Positions 39,378 to 49,010 of a DNA stretch of 64,000 bases are shown piece after piece. Within the stretch, counting starts at the first letter, position 1. Every line of letters begins with the position of its first letter. Position numbers and translations under genes: made by a program. Under the pieces are notes generated by a model. That model saw only the letters and a program-made list of their open reading frames with translations. It was not told the DNA's origin and did not search any database. This stretch comes from Mycobacterium sp. (GTDB lineage: Bacteria; Actinomycetota; Actinomycetes; Mycobacteriales; Mycobacteriaceae). Where the stretch lies: the NCBI GenBank assembly GCA_040398865.1, contig JBBATG010000001.1, forward strand, positions 12,201 to 76,200. Direction: 5' to 3'.

Positions 39378-39420
39378 AATTCCATGCAACCGCAACGGCG
39401 CGACTGACAGGACTGATCAC

Positions 39421-40713
39421 ATGGGCATCAAGGCCATCGCAACCCACGTCAACGGCCAAGCACCCCCGCATGTCCCGCTCGCGGACATCAATCTGGGCAC
39501 GCTGGAGTTTTGGGCCCGCGACGATGAGTTCCGCGACGGCGCCTTCGCGACATTGCGCAAAGAGGCGCCGATCAAGTTCTTCCGGGAGATCGAGTTCGAG
39601 GGTTTCGAGGCCGGCGCCGGTCACTGGGCCCTGACGAAGTTCGACGATGTCCATTTCGCCAGTCGGCACCCCGAGATCTTCAGCTCGTACCCCAACATCA
39701 CCATCGCCGACCAGCAGCCCGAGGTCGCCGAATACTTCGGCTCCATGATCGCCCTCGACGATCCCCGCCACGCGCGGCTGCGCAATATCGTCTCGCGCGC
39801 GTTCACACCCAGGGTCGTAGCCCGCACCGAGGAGTACGTCCGCGACCGTGCCCGCCGGTTGGTCTCGGACCTGATCGCCAACCACCCCGACGGCGTCGGT
39901 GAACTGGTGACCGAATTGTCCGGACCGCTGCCATTGCAGGTGATCTGCGACATGATGGGCATCCCCGAGGCCGACCACAAGCAGATCTTCCACTGGACCA
40001 ACGTCATCCTCGGATTCGGCGACCCCGACATCACCACCGATTACGAGGAATTCCTCAAAGTCGCCATGGATATCGGCGCGTACGCCACCGCGCTCGCCGA
40101 GGACCGCCGGTCCAACCCGGGCGACGACCTCACCACCTCGCTGGTCGCCGCTGAGGTGGACGGTGAGCGGCTCACCTCGGCGGAGATCGCCTCTTTCTTC
40201 ATCCTGCTCGCCGTGGCAGGCAACGAGACCACCCGCAACGCGATCAGCCATGGTGTGCTGGCGCTGACCCGCTACCCCGAGCAGCGGGAGATCTGGTGGA
40301 ACGACTTCGAGACCCATACCGCCGGCGCCGTCGAGGAGATCGTGCGGTGGTCGTCGCCGGTGGTCTACATGCGCCGCACCACCACCCGCGACGTCGAGGT
40401 CTCCGGGGTGACGATCCCTGCCGGAGACAAGGTCACCATGTGGTACTGCTCGGCCAACCGCGACGAGGACCGGTTCGTCAACCCGTGGCTCTTCGACGTG
40501 ACCCGCGCGCCGAACGCGCATGTCGGCTTCGGCGGCGGCGGTGTGCACTTCTGTCTCGGCGCCAACCTCGCCCGTCGCGAGATCGCGATCATGTTCGAGG
40601 AACTACGCAACCGGATTCCCGACATCGCCGTGGTGGAGGAGCCGGCCATGCTGTGGTCGGCGTTCATCCATGGCATCAAGAGGCTTCCGGTCAGTTGGAC
40701 GCCGCCCGCCTAG
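39421..40713 (+). CDS. cyp124: Cytochrome P450 CYP124 (methyl-branched lipid omega-hydroxylase)
   Basis: ATHVNG.APP.VPLADI.LG, FSSYPNITI, EYFGSMI.LDDPRH, FGGGGVHFCLG. Confidence 0.9.
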   Translation: MGIKAIATHVNGQAPPHVPLADINLGTLEFWARDDEFRDGAFATLRKEAPIKFFREIEFEGFEAGAGHWALTKFDDVHFASRHPEIFSSYPNITIADQQPEVAEYFGSMIALDDPRHARLRNIVSRAFTPRVVARTEEYVRDRARRLVSDLIANHPDGVGELVTELSGPLPLQVICDMMGIPEADHKQIFHWTNVILGFGDPDITTDYEEFLKVAMDIGAYATALAEDRRSNPGDDLTTSLVAAEVDGERLTSAEIASFFILLAVAGNETTRNAISHGVLALTRYPEQREIWWNDFETHTAGAVEEIVRWSSPVVYMRRTTTRDVEVSGVTIPAGDKVTMWYCSANRDEDRFVNPWLFDVTRAPNAHVGFGGGGVHFCLGANLARREIAIMFEELRNRIPDIAVVEEPAMLWSAFIHGIKRLPVSWTPPA

Positions 40714-40715
40714 CC

Positions 40716-42029
40716 ATGGCAGCGATCAAGGAGCGGCTGCACTGGCTCGCCATGCACGGTGTGGTGCGGTCGGCGGCCACCTGGTCAGCGCGCCGCGGCG
40801 ATCCGCAAGCGCGTCTGCTCATCGACCCCGCGCTGCGCGCCGATCCGATGGCGTTCTATGAAGACCTTCGCCGGCAGGGGCCGCTGGTGCGGGCCCGGGT
40901 CAGCTACCTGACCGTCGACCACGCGGTCGCACACGAACTGCTGCGCTCAGATGATTTCCGGGTGATCTCGATGGGCGCCAGCCTGCCCGGGCCGCTGCGG
41001 CGACTGGAACGGCGCACCCGGACCGATCTGCTGCACCCACTGCTACCGCCGTCCCTGCTGGCCGTCGAACCCCCCGAGCACACCCGCTACCGCAAGACGG
41101 TTTCCTCGGTATTCACCAGTCGCCGGGTCGATACCCTTCGCGACCGCGTAGAGGACACCGCCGATACGCTTCTCGACGGGCTCTCGGGCGAAGAGGGCGT
41201 GCTCGACATCATCGAGCGCTACTGCGCGCAACTGCCGGTCACCGTCATCAGTGAGATCCTCGGCGTACCGGACGCCGATCGCCCGAAGATACTCGAATAC
41301 GGTGAACTCGCCGCTCCCAGTTTGGAGTTCGGGCTCAGCTGGCGTGAGTACCGTAAGGTTCAGCGCGGGCTGGCGGGCTTCAACGACTGGCTGGTTGAGC
41401 ATCTGCAGCGGCTGCGGGACCATCCCGGTGACGATCTGATGAGTCAGCTGATCGCCGCATCAGAGGATGGCGTACGTCTCAACGACATGGAACTGCGCGC
41501 GATCGCGGGCCTAGTTCTCGCCGCCGGTTTCGAGACCACGGTCAACCTGCTCGGCAATGGGATCACCCTTCTGCTGAATCATCCCGAGCAACTCGCCGCG
41601 CTGGTCGCCGATCCGTCACTGTGGCCGAACGCCGTCGAGGAGATCCTCAGGTACGACTCACCGGTACAGCTCACCGCGCGGGTGGCCCGCACCGACACCA
41701 CCGTCGCCCGAACCCCGATCCGGGCCGGGGAACTGGTGGTGATCTACCTCGCCGCAGCCAACCGCGACCCTGCAGTGTTCGAAAATCCGGACCGCTTTGA
41801 TGTGTCCCGGGCCGGGGCCGGCCGGCACCTCGCGTTTTCCGGGGGACGGCACTTCTGCCTCGGTGCGGCGCTCGCCCGCGCGGAGGGCGAGGCCGGGCTG
41901 CGCCGGTTCTTCGACCGCTATCCCGACGTACGGTCCGCCGGGGGCGGCACCCGGCGAACCACCCGGGTGCTGCGGGGCTGGGCGCAACTACCCGTCCGGC
42001 TGGGTTCGGGGTCTCGCCTTCTGCACTGA
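40716..42029 (+). CDS. cyp140: Cytochrome P450 CYP140
   Basis: LHWLAMHGV, LLRSDDFRV, EPPEHTRYRKTV, AAGFETT, FSGGRHFCLG. Confidence 0.88.
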   Translation: MAAIKERLHWLAMHGVVRSAATWSARRGDPQARLLIDPALRADPMAFYEDLRRQGPLVRARVSYLTVDHAVAHELLRSDDFRVISMGASLPGPLRRLERRTRTDLLHPLLPPSLLAVEPPEHTRYRKTVSSVFTSRRVDTLRDRVEDTADTLLDGLSGEEGVLDIIERYCAQLPVTVISEILGVPDADRPKILEYGELAAPSLEFGLSWREYRKVQRGLAGFNDWLVEHLQRLRDHPGDDLMSQLIAASEDGVRLNDMELRAIAGLVLAAGFETTVNLLGNGITLLLNHPEQLAALVADPSLWPNAVEEILRYDSPVQLTARVARTDTTVARTPIRAGELVVIYLAAANRDPAVFENPDRFDVSRAGAGRHLAFSGGRHFCLGAALARAEGEAGLRRFFDRYPDVRSAGGGTRRTTRVLRGWAQLPVRLGSGSRLLH

Positions 42030-42165
42030 TCGACGCCGACAGGGTGCTTGACCGGCCCGTCGCTGAGCGCCCCGATCACTTTTCCCGCCGCCAGCGACCT
42101 CGAACCAGGCCACGAAGCCGGGGTGCGTCGTTGACACCGGGCTGACCTGCCGGTTCGATGGGGTC

Positions 42166-43965
42166 GTGAACTTCGACACGATCATTCGACAGGGCCGATG
42201 GTTCGACGGCACGGGGGCGCCCGCGGCGATCCGCAACATCGGCATCAAAGACGGTCGCGTGGTCGCGGTGACCCCGCACGAACTCGACGAGGCAGAGTGC
42301 CCGCAGGTGGTCGACGCCACCGGTAAGTGGGTGCTGCCCGGGTTCGTCGACATCCACACCCACTACGACGTCGAAGTTCTCGACGGACCCGGGTTGCCCG
42401 AGTCGGTGCGCCACGGGGTGACGACGGTCCTCATCGGATCGTGCTCGCTGTCGACCATCCACATCGGCGGGGTCGACGCAGGTGACCTCTTCGGCCGGGT
42501 CGAGGCCATCCCCCGCGAGCACGTCATCTCCGCTGTCGACAACGCCAAGAACTGGAGTACCGCGCAGGAGTATGTCGCCGCTCTCGAGTCGCGCCCACTG
42601 GGGCCCAACCTTGCGGCGTTCATCGGCCACTCCGATATGCGCGCGGCGACCATGGGATTGGACCGCGCCACCCGTAAGGAGATGGTGCCCACCTCCAGTG
42701 AGCTGGCGGAAATGGAGCGGATGCTCACCGAGGCCCTCGACGCGGGATTCCTCGGGCTGTCGTCGCAGCAGTTGTTGTTCGACAAGATCGACGGCGACAT
42801 CTGCCGATCGCGCACTCTGCCGTCCACCTATGCCAAGCCCCGCGAGTTGCGCCGGCTCAAGTCGCAGTTGCGGCGACGCGGACGGGTGCTGCAGTCCGGC
42901 CCGGACATCCAGAACCCGCTGAACCTGGTATCCCAACTGGCGCAGTCCCTCCCGGTTTTGCGCCGCAAACTCAAGACGAGCCTGCTCTCTGCTGCAGACG
43001 TGAAGTCGAATCCGTTCGCCATCGCCGTTCTGGGTCCGCTGGCCCGGGTGATCAACCGGTTCGGCGGCGACTTCCGCTGGCAGCATCTGCCGGTTCCCTT
43101 CGAGGTCTACGCCGACGGTATCGACCTGGTGGTGTTCGAGGAGTTCGGTTCCGGTGCAGCGGCGTTGCATCTTCGCGATGAGGTGGAGCGCAACGCACTG
43201 CTGGCCGATGAGGACTACCGTCGCCGGTTCCGCAAGGACTACGACGCGAGATTCGGCATGCGGGTCTGGCACCGGGACTTCTTCGACGCCGAGATCGTCG
43301 ACTGCCCCGACGAGTCGGTGATCGGCAAGTCCTTCGGCGAGGTCGGACTCGACCGCGGCGGCCTGCATCCCGTCGACGCCTTCCTGGATCTGGTTCTCGA
43401 GCACGGCCGCGAACTGCGCTGGCGGACCACCATCTCCAATCACCGGCCCGAGGTGCTCAAGAAGCTCGCCCGCGACGACGGCATCCAGATGGGTTTCTCC
43501 GATGCCGGCGCTCACCTGCGCAACATGGCGTTCTACAACTTCGGGTTGCGCCTGCTGCGCCACGTCCGCGACGCTGAGAAGGCAGGCACACCGTTCATGT
43601 CAGTCGAGCGTGCCGTCCACCGGCTCACCGGCGAACTGGCCGATTGGTACGGCATCGACGCCGGGCACCTGCGCCTGGGCGACCGCGCAGACCTGGTGGT
43701 GCTCGATCCCAATCGCCTCGACTCCAGCCTGGATGGCTACGCCGAATCGCCGGTGCCCCAGTACGCCGGCCTGCCCCGGATGGTCAACCGCAACGACGAG
43801 GCGGTGAATCTGGTGCTCATCGGCGGCCAGACCGTGGTCCGCGACGGCCAACCCACCGAGGTGCTGGGAGTCCGGCGCACCGGCAGCTTCCTGCGCGCCG
43901 GTCAGTCACCGGTCGCGCCGCAGACATCCACCCCACAAGTGCAGGAGCTGACCCATGCCATCTGA
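42166..43965 (+). CDS. N-acyl-D-amino-acid deacylase family amidohydrolase (Rv2913c-like)
   Basis: PGFVDIHTHYD, GFSDAGAH, ADLVVLDP. Confidence 0.88.
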   Translation: MNFDTIIRQGRWFDGTGAPAAIRNIGIKDGRVVAVTPHELDEAECPQVVDATGKWVLPGFVDIHTHYDVEVLDGPGLPESVRHGVTTVLIGSCSLSTIHIGGVDAGDLFGRVEAIPREHVISAVDNAKNWSTAQEYVAALESRPLGPNLAAFIGHSDMRAATMGLDRATRKEMVPTSSELAEMERMLTEALDAGFLGLSSQQLLFDKIDGDICRSRTLPSTYAKPRELRRLKSQLRRRGRVLQSGPDIQNPLNLVSQLAQSLPVLRRKLKTSLLSAADVKSNPFAIAVLGPLARVINRFGGDFRWQHLPVPFEVYADGIDLVVFEEFGSGAAALHLRDEVERNALLADEDYRRRFRKDYDARFGMRVWHRDFFDAEIVDCPDESVIGKSFGEVGLDRGGLHPVDAFLDLVLEHGRELRWRTTISNHRPEVLKKLARDDGIQMGFSDAGAHLRNMAFYNFGLRLLRHVRDAEKAGTPFMSVERAVHRLTGELADWYGIDAGHLRLGDRADLVVLDPNRLDSSLDGYAESPVPQYAGLPRMVNRNDEAVNLVLIGGQTVVRDGQPTEVLGVRRTGSFLRAGQSPVAPQTSTPQVQELTHAI

Positions 43966-44422
43966 GATCGCGGTATCGGACACCGTGCTGGGTATGTGGG
44001 CGGCGCTGTCGCGTCGCGACTGGGAGGCCATGAAGCCGTTCCTGGCCGACGACTGCATCTACGTGGATATGCCGATCGGCCCGACGGCTGCCGCGCGCGG
44101 GCCCGAGGACATCGTCAAGCGGCTCAAGGTCGGACTCGCACCGCTGTCGGGCTACGAGAACCACGACGGTGTTCTGGTGAGCAACGGCATCGATGCCCTC
44201 TACGAGCATTCCGAGACGTGGCAGTGGCGCAGTGGCGAGTCAGCGGTGCTGCAATTCGTCACGGTCCACAAAGTCGAGGACCGCGACGGGGTCCCGAAAA
44301 TCACTTTGTGGAAGGACTATTGGGACTTCGGCGGGCTGGCGAATCATGCCCCGGCGGACTGGATGGAAACGCTCATGACAGCCGATATGAGCTGGCAATT
44401 TGATGCCACCGGGATGATCTGA
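43955..44422 (+). CDS. NTF2-like protein (SnoaL / limonene-1,2-epoxide hydrolase-like)
   Basis: LADDCIYVD, LYEHSETW, WKDYWD; overlaps the amidohydrolase stop. Confidence 0.8.
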   Translation: MPSEIAVSDTVLGMWAALSRRDWEAMKPFLADDCIYVDMPIGPTAAARGPEDIVKRLKVGLAPLSGYENHDGVLVSNGIDALYEHSETWQWRSGESAVLQFVTVHKVEDRDGVPKITLWKDYWDFGGLANHAPADWMETLMTADMSWQFDATGMI

Positions 44423-44474
44423 GCCCAGCCTGTCATGGTGACGCGTACCTACCTGCGTGACAGGAGGTACTGGT

Positions 44475-44852
44475 TCAGAAGTTGTGGCAAGCGTTGACAG
44501 CTCTGCCGATCGGACCGCCGGAGGCGTTGATGACGTCATCGCTGATATCAGACAACTGATCTTTGCCGAGGGCTTGCTCCAGCGTATTCGCTTCCTGCTC
44601 ACGCTGACCCGGAGGAACGACCAGAAGCACGTCAAGCGCCGCCCGCAACTTTTGCTCCGTTTGTGGATCGCTACTGATCTTCCCCCAGATCATGGGGGCG
44701 TTCTGCTGCAGCGACGACATGATCTGCTGCTGAGAGCATGTCGTGGTGTTGAGAGTGTCAGCAGACGCCGGTGCTGCTACCGCTATGGCAAGGCAGGCGA
44801 TGCCAGCCGCCGTACCCAGATGCCGAACCAGACGCTTATTCACGACGCTCAT
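44475..44852 (-). CDS. Secreted hemophore-related protein (Rv0203/Rv1174c TB8.4 family)
   Basis: Signal peptide; LNTTTCS..Q, PPGQREQ, VNACHNF; lower GC than flanks. Confidence 0.7.
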   Translation of the reverse strand: MSVVNKRLVRHLGTAAGIACLAIAVAAPASADTLNTTTCSQQQIMSSLQQNAPMIWGKISSDPQTEQKLRAALDVLLVVPPGQREQEANTLEQALGKDQLSDISDDVINASGGPIGRAVNACHNF

Positions 44853-44919
44853 GGCGGGTAACTTAGCAGGAGTTGGTTAGCCGGGCAGTGTGACGCCACC
44901 GGGGTGATCGAGATGATCT

Positions 44920-45414
44920 TCACGCCCGGCTGGGCAGGGTGATCGAGCAGGCCTGGCCCATGTCCAGGGTGCGCAGCATCCGGCCCATGCCCAGCCACAT
45001 GGCGCAGGACATGGTCAGGTCGGCGATGAGTTCGTCGGAGAAGTGCTCACGCAGCCTCGCCCAGAAGGCATCGTCGGCGCGCAGACCGGCGTGGTCGGTG
45101 GCGAACCGGTGGGCGAACTCGGCGGCAAGGCGTTCGGCGTCGGAGTAGCCGGGCCAGGTCCGCCACTTCGCCGCGTTCGCGTAGAGGTCCTCATCCACAC
45201 CGGCAGCCGGGCCGTCGGCGTCGCGGGTGTTGAGGCACACGACGCATTCATTGTCTTCGGCGATGACGACGCGGGCGATCTCACGCACCCGCATCGGCAG
45301 CCGGTTGCGGTTGTAGACCGCCTGGGAGAAAGCGGCCAGGGCCGGCGCGATGCCCGGCGACAGTGCCATCCATCCCGCGACGTCGTCGTCGGTGAAATCT
45401 CCGATTCGGCTCAT
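44920..45414 (-). CDS. Carboxymuconolactone decarboxylase / AhpD-like protein
   Basis: REIARVVIAEDNECVVC, RLAAEFA, LREHFSDE. Confidence 0.85.
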   Translation of the reverse strand: MSRIGDFTDDDVAGWMALSPGIAPALAAFSQAVYNRNRLPMRVREIARVVIAEDNECVVCLNTRDADGPAAGVDEDLYANAAKWRTWPGYSDAERLAAEFAHRFATDHAGLRADDAFWARLREHFSDELIADLTMSCAMWLGMGRMLRTLDMGQACSITLPSRA

Positions 45415-45543
45415 GTTTGACGATGCTAGTGCTCCGGGGTCGGCCGCAGCGACCACCCACCGGGACGGCGTCGCCCATGTGGCAAACCTCATGTCACTGA
45501 CATGCACCTTTGAGAATCCAAAGGGGAACCTGAGATTATTCCT

Positions 45544-45571
45544 TTGACAGGCGTTGATGCAGTGCTATCTT
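45544..45571 (+). promoter_or_regulatory. SigA-type promoter upstream of the beta-propeller gene
   Basis: TTGACA (45544), 16-bp spacer, TGC-TATCTT (extended -10, TANNNT). Confidence 0.55.
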
Positions 45572-45637
45572 CGTCTCTGACCCGGCAGTTGACAGGTGTG
45601 CCAGTAAACTCTGCCGCTGAGTGATGGAGGGGCCCCG

Positions 45638-48220
45638 ATGGCCAGACGCCGCAGACGCGTGGGCGCTGCGGCCGTGGCGCTGGGTCTCTCCCTCGCCGCG
45701 CCGCAGGCCGCCGGGGTCGCCGCCGCCGCTGATGCTCCGGACTCCGACGCCGGACCGGTGTCTGCCGGCGCGGCCACACCGGCGAAGTCCCAAGCCGACC
45801 GATCCGCCGATGATGCCGGTGGCCGCCTCCGCACCCGCGGACCGCGCCCGGCCGACACCGCGACCGACACCGACGGGGCCGGGCTGCCCATTGCGGATGA
45901 ACCACGGCAATCCACCTCGCTGTCCGGGGCGGCACGCCCGCACCGGCACCGGCCGGGCGGTGACCAGCCCCGGAGTCCGCTCTCCGGTGCCACTGTCCCC
46001 GCGTTCGGGGTGCCCTCGGCCACGGCCCTGGAGCCGGACCTCTCCGCACCCTTGCCCGTCGCCGGCGCGTCGGCCGCCGCAACGGGACTGACGCCCGCTC
46101 TCCCCCTGTTCCCAGTCGCGACCGTGCCCGCGGCAACCGCAGGCCCGGTCGCGATGATGGGCGCTGCGGTCACCCGGTTCCTCGACTCGGCGACCATGTG
46201 GATGTCGCAGTTCCCCCGCAACCCGGTCACCGAATTCCTCCAGGGTGCGTTGCTTCTGGTCCGCCGCAGTCTGCTCGGCTTCATCGCGGCCGTCGGCTCC
46301 TCGGCGACCGGCGCCCAGACCTCATCGACGGCCCCCTACCTCAGCGAGGCCGAGCTCCGCGACTACCTGCTCGCCCTGGCGCAGCAGCGGTACGGCTCGC
46401 TGTTCGGCCAAACCGTGCCGCAGTACGACTACGGGTACAAGTGGCTCGACGGCGCGCTGGTACCCGCCTCCACACCCAGCGGCCGCGATGGGATCACGTC
46501 GGACACCAACAACCAGGTCGACGGTGTCGACGAGGCCGACTTCGTCGAGACCGACGGTGATTTCGTCTACGTCTCCCGCGACGGCGCCCTGACGATCATC
46601 GCCGCGGACTCCTCCTTGAGTTCGCAGACGCCGCTATCGGGCTACGTCGTCGGGCAGTTCCTCTCCGGTGACCGGCTTACGGTGATCACCCAGTCCGGCG
46701 GTGGCTGGTACGGGCCGACGGTGCGGATGGCCTACGGCCCGTGGTGGGACTGGAACCCGCAGACCACCGTCACCGTTTTCGACATCTCCGATCGAACGGC
46801 CCCGACCGTCGCTAGCCAGACCGTCTTCGACGGCTCATACCGGGATGCGCGCGCGGTGGACGGCATGGTCTACCTGGTGCTCGAGGGCAACCTCGACCTC
46901 CCGCAGCCGCTGTACACCGAAGTGGCCGCCGGCAAGCCGGCCACCGTGACCGGCGACCAGTGGCCCGGCCCCACGGTGGTGGGCTACCGGACCTACGAAA
47001 CCTGGGACGCCTACGTAGCCCGGGTGGGCGATCAGATCACCACGCTGTCGGTGCCGCATGCCTACGCGGTCGGGGCCGACGGCGCACTGGTCGATCTCGG
47101 TGTCATCGCCGGTGGCGATCAGATCGTTCGGCCGCCGTCGCTGGATCAGCAGTCACTGGTGACGGTGGTGTCGGTCGACTCGGTGAACGCCTTGGCCGGG
47201 TCGGGATTCACCTCCAGCGTGGCCAGTCTGGTGGGGTCCAGCGGCACCACCGTCTATATGACATCCAGCGCGCTCTACCTGGGCACCGCGCAGGATCACT
47301 ACACAGGCACCGGCTCATCTACCGCTACCCGCATTGATCGCTTCGGTATCAACGGTGCCCAAGTCGTCTGGGAGGCAAGTGGATTCGTTCCAGGAACCCT
47401 GATCAACCAGTTCGCGATGGATGAGCAGAACGGCTATTTGCGGGTCGCGACACACACCTGGAGCTCGGATTGGGCCGGCGGCACCTGGGCAACCGTCAAC
47501 GACAGCGGTGTGTACGTTCTCGACACCTCCGGTAACACCCTGGACGTGGTGGGCAGCGTCACCGGACTCGCGCCGGGTGAGCAGCTCTACGCCGTCCGCT
47601 TCGACTCCGACACCGCATACCTGGTCACGTTCCTGCAGACTGATCCGTTGTTCGCCATCGACCTTTCCGACCCCGCCTCGCCCACCGTGCAGGGTGAATT
47701 GGTGATTCCGGGCTTCTCGAACTATCTGCAGACCGTGGGCGAGGGCTTGCTGCTCGGGATCGGGCAGGAGCGCGAGCCGGGAACGTGGAACACCCGCATG
47801 CACGTCTCGCTGTTCGACGTGAGCGACGGCGGAGACCTCAGGCTGATCGAACGGCAATTCCTCTCCGAGACCGCGCAGTGGTCGTCATCGGAGGCGCAGT
47901 TCGACCACCACGCGCTGCTGTATTCACCGCAGGACGGCCTTCTGGTGGTGCCCGTGAGCGCCAGCGGCTACGACCCCGGCACCGGCACGTACTTCTACGA
48001 CCAAACGCTGCAGGTGTTGCGCGTCGGCACCGACGGCGTGGACGTCCTCGGCGAGATCCACAGCGACTCGACCGTGCTGCGGACGGTCCGGATCGGTGAC
48101 GTGCTCTACGCCGTCAGCGACGACCACGTCACCGCCTACAGCCTCACCGATTTCTCCGAGATCGGCCGCACCCCGCTGGGCGCCGGACAGGAGCCGCGCC
48201 CGCTACCGCTGCTGCTCTGA
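45638..48220 (+). CDS. Secreted beta-propeller domain protein (Beta_propel family) with a low-complexity mycobacterial N-terminal leader
   Basis: TNNQVDGVDEADFVETDG, PGTLINQFAMDEQNGYLRVAT, YAVRF, VTFLQTDPLFAIDLSDP, GELVIPGFSNYL, VLRTVRIGDVLY. Confidence 0.88.
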   Translation: MARRRRRVGAAAVALGLSLAAPQAAGVAAAADAPDSDAGPVSAGAATPAKSQADRSADDAGGRLRTRGPRPADTATDTDGAGLPIADEPRQSTSLSGAARPHRHRPGGDQPRSPLSGATVPAFGVPSATALEPDLSAPLPVAGASAAATGLTPALPLFPVATVPAATAGPVAMMGAAVTRFLDSATMWMSQFPRNPVTEFLQGALLLVRRSLLGFIAAVGSSATGAQTSSTAPYLSEAELRDYLLALAQQRYGSLFGQTVPQYDYGYKWLDGALVPASTPSGRDGITSDTNNQVDGVDEADFVETDGDFVYVSRDGALTIIAADSSLSSQTPLSGYVVGQFLSGDRLTVITQSGGGWYGPTVRMAYGPWWDWNPQTTVTVFDISDRTAPTVASQTVFDGSYRDARAVDGMVYLVLEGNLDLPQPLYTEVAAGKPATVTGDQWPGPTVVGYRTYETWDAYVARVGDQITTLSVPHAYAVGADGALVDLGVIAGGDQIVRPPSLDQQSLVTVVSVDSVNALAGSGFTSSVASLVGSSGTTVYMTSSALYLGTAQDHYTGTGSSTATRIDRFGINGAQVVWEASGFVPGTLINQFAMDEQNGYLRVATHTWSSDWAGGTWATVNDSGVYVLDTSGNTLDVVGSVTGLAPGEQLYAVRFDSDTAYLVTFLQTDPLFAIDLSDPASPTVQGELVIPGFSNYLQTVGEGLLLGIGQEREPGTWNTRMHVSLFDVSDGGDLRLIERQFLSETAQWSSSEAQFDHHALLYSPQDGLLVVPVSASGYDPGTGTYFYDQTLQVLRVGTDGVDVLGEIHSDSTVLRTVRIGDVLYAVSDDHVTAYSLTDFSEIGRTPLGAGQEPRPLPLLL

Positions 48221-48242
48221 TCGTCTTGGCTGGTGCCCGCGC

Positions 48243-49001
48243 TCAGCCAGACCGGCCGCGGTTGAATTCGGCGAGCGCCTCGGCGTTGGCCGCAGCACCC
48301 ATCATTTCGGCGAAACACGCGTCCTCACGCGACCGCGCGGCGGCGATCTCGGCTCGCGCAGGCTCGGTCATCGTCCGCTTGACCGCCAGCAGACTCGAGA
48401 TCGGACGGGAGGCGAGGATTTCGGCGTGCCGGCGCGTCTCCTCCAGCAGTTCAGTGGGTTCGCACAGCTTCCACACCAGGCCCATGCGCAGCGCCTCGGC
48501 GCCGTCGACCCACTCGCTCGACATCAGCATCCACGCGGCGTTCTGCCTGCCCACCAGTTGGGGCAGCAGGTAGGACGACGCCGCCTCCGGTGCCACCCCG
48601 AGGCTGGTGAACGGACATTTCAGCTTCGCCGTCGCGGACATGAAGGCAAGATCGGCAAAGCCCAGGATCGTCGTGCCCAGACCCACTCCCACGCCGTTGA
48701 CCGCGCAGATCAGCGGTTTTCCGAAGTCGCTGAGCGCGTCGATGAGTCCCGGGAAGCCGTGAGTTCCCGCGGTGAAACCGGGATCGCTGATGCGGGCCGC
48801 CATCTCCGTGAGGTCCTGGCCGGCGCAGAAGGCGCGGCCCGCGCCGGTGATGACCACCACCGCCACGTTGGGATCATCGTCGGCGGCGGCCAGCGCCTCG
48901 GCGGTGGCGTCATAAAGCTCTTCGTTGAAGGCGTTGAGCGCGTCGGGGCGGTTGAGGGTCAGCGTCCGCACCCGGTTGGCATCGTCGATCAGCAGCGTCA
49001 C
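48243..49001 (-). CDS. Enoyl-CoA hydratase/isomerase
   Basis: TLTLNRPDALNAF, AFCAGQDL, AVNGVGVGLG, GVAPEAAS. Confidence 0.92.
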   Translation of the reverse strand: MTLLIDDANRVRTLTLNRPDALNAFNEELYDATAEALAAADDDPNVAVVVITGAGRAFCAGQDLTEMAARISDPGFTAGTHGFPGLIDALSDFGKPLICAVNGVGVGLGTTILGFADLAFMSATAKLKCPFTSLGVAPEAASSYLLPQLVGRQNAAWMLMSSEWVDGAEALRMGLVWKLCEPTELLEETRRHAEILASRPISSLLAVKRTMTEPARAEIAAARSREDACFAEMMGAAANAEALAEFNRGRSG

Positions 49002-49010
49002 AGCGACAGC

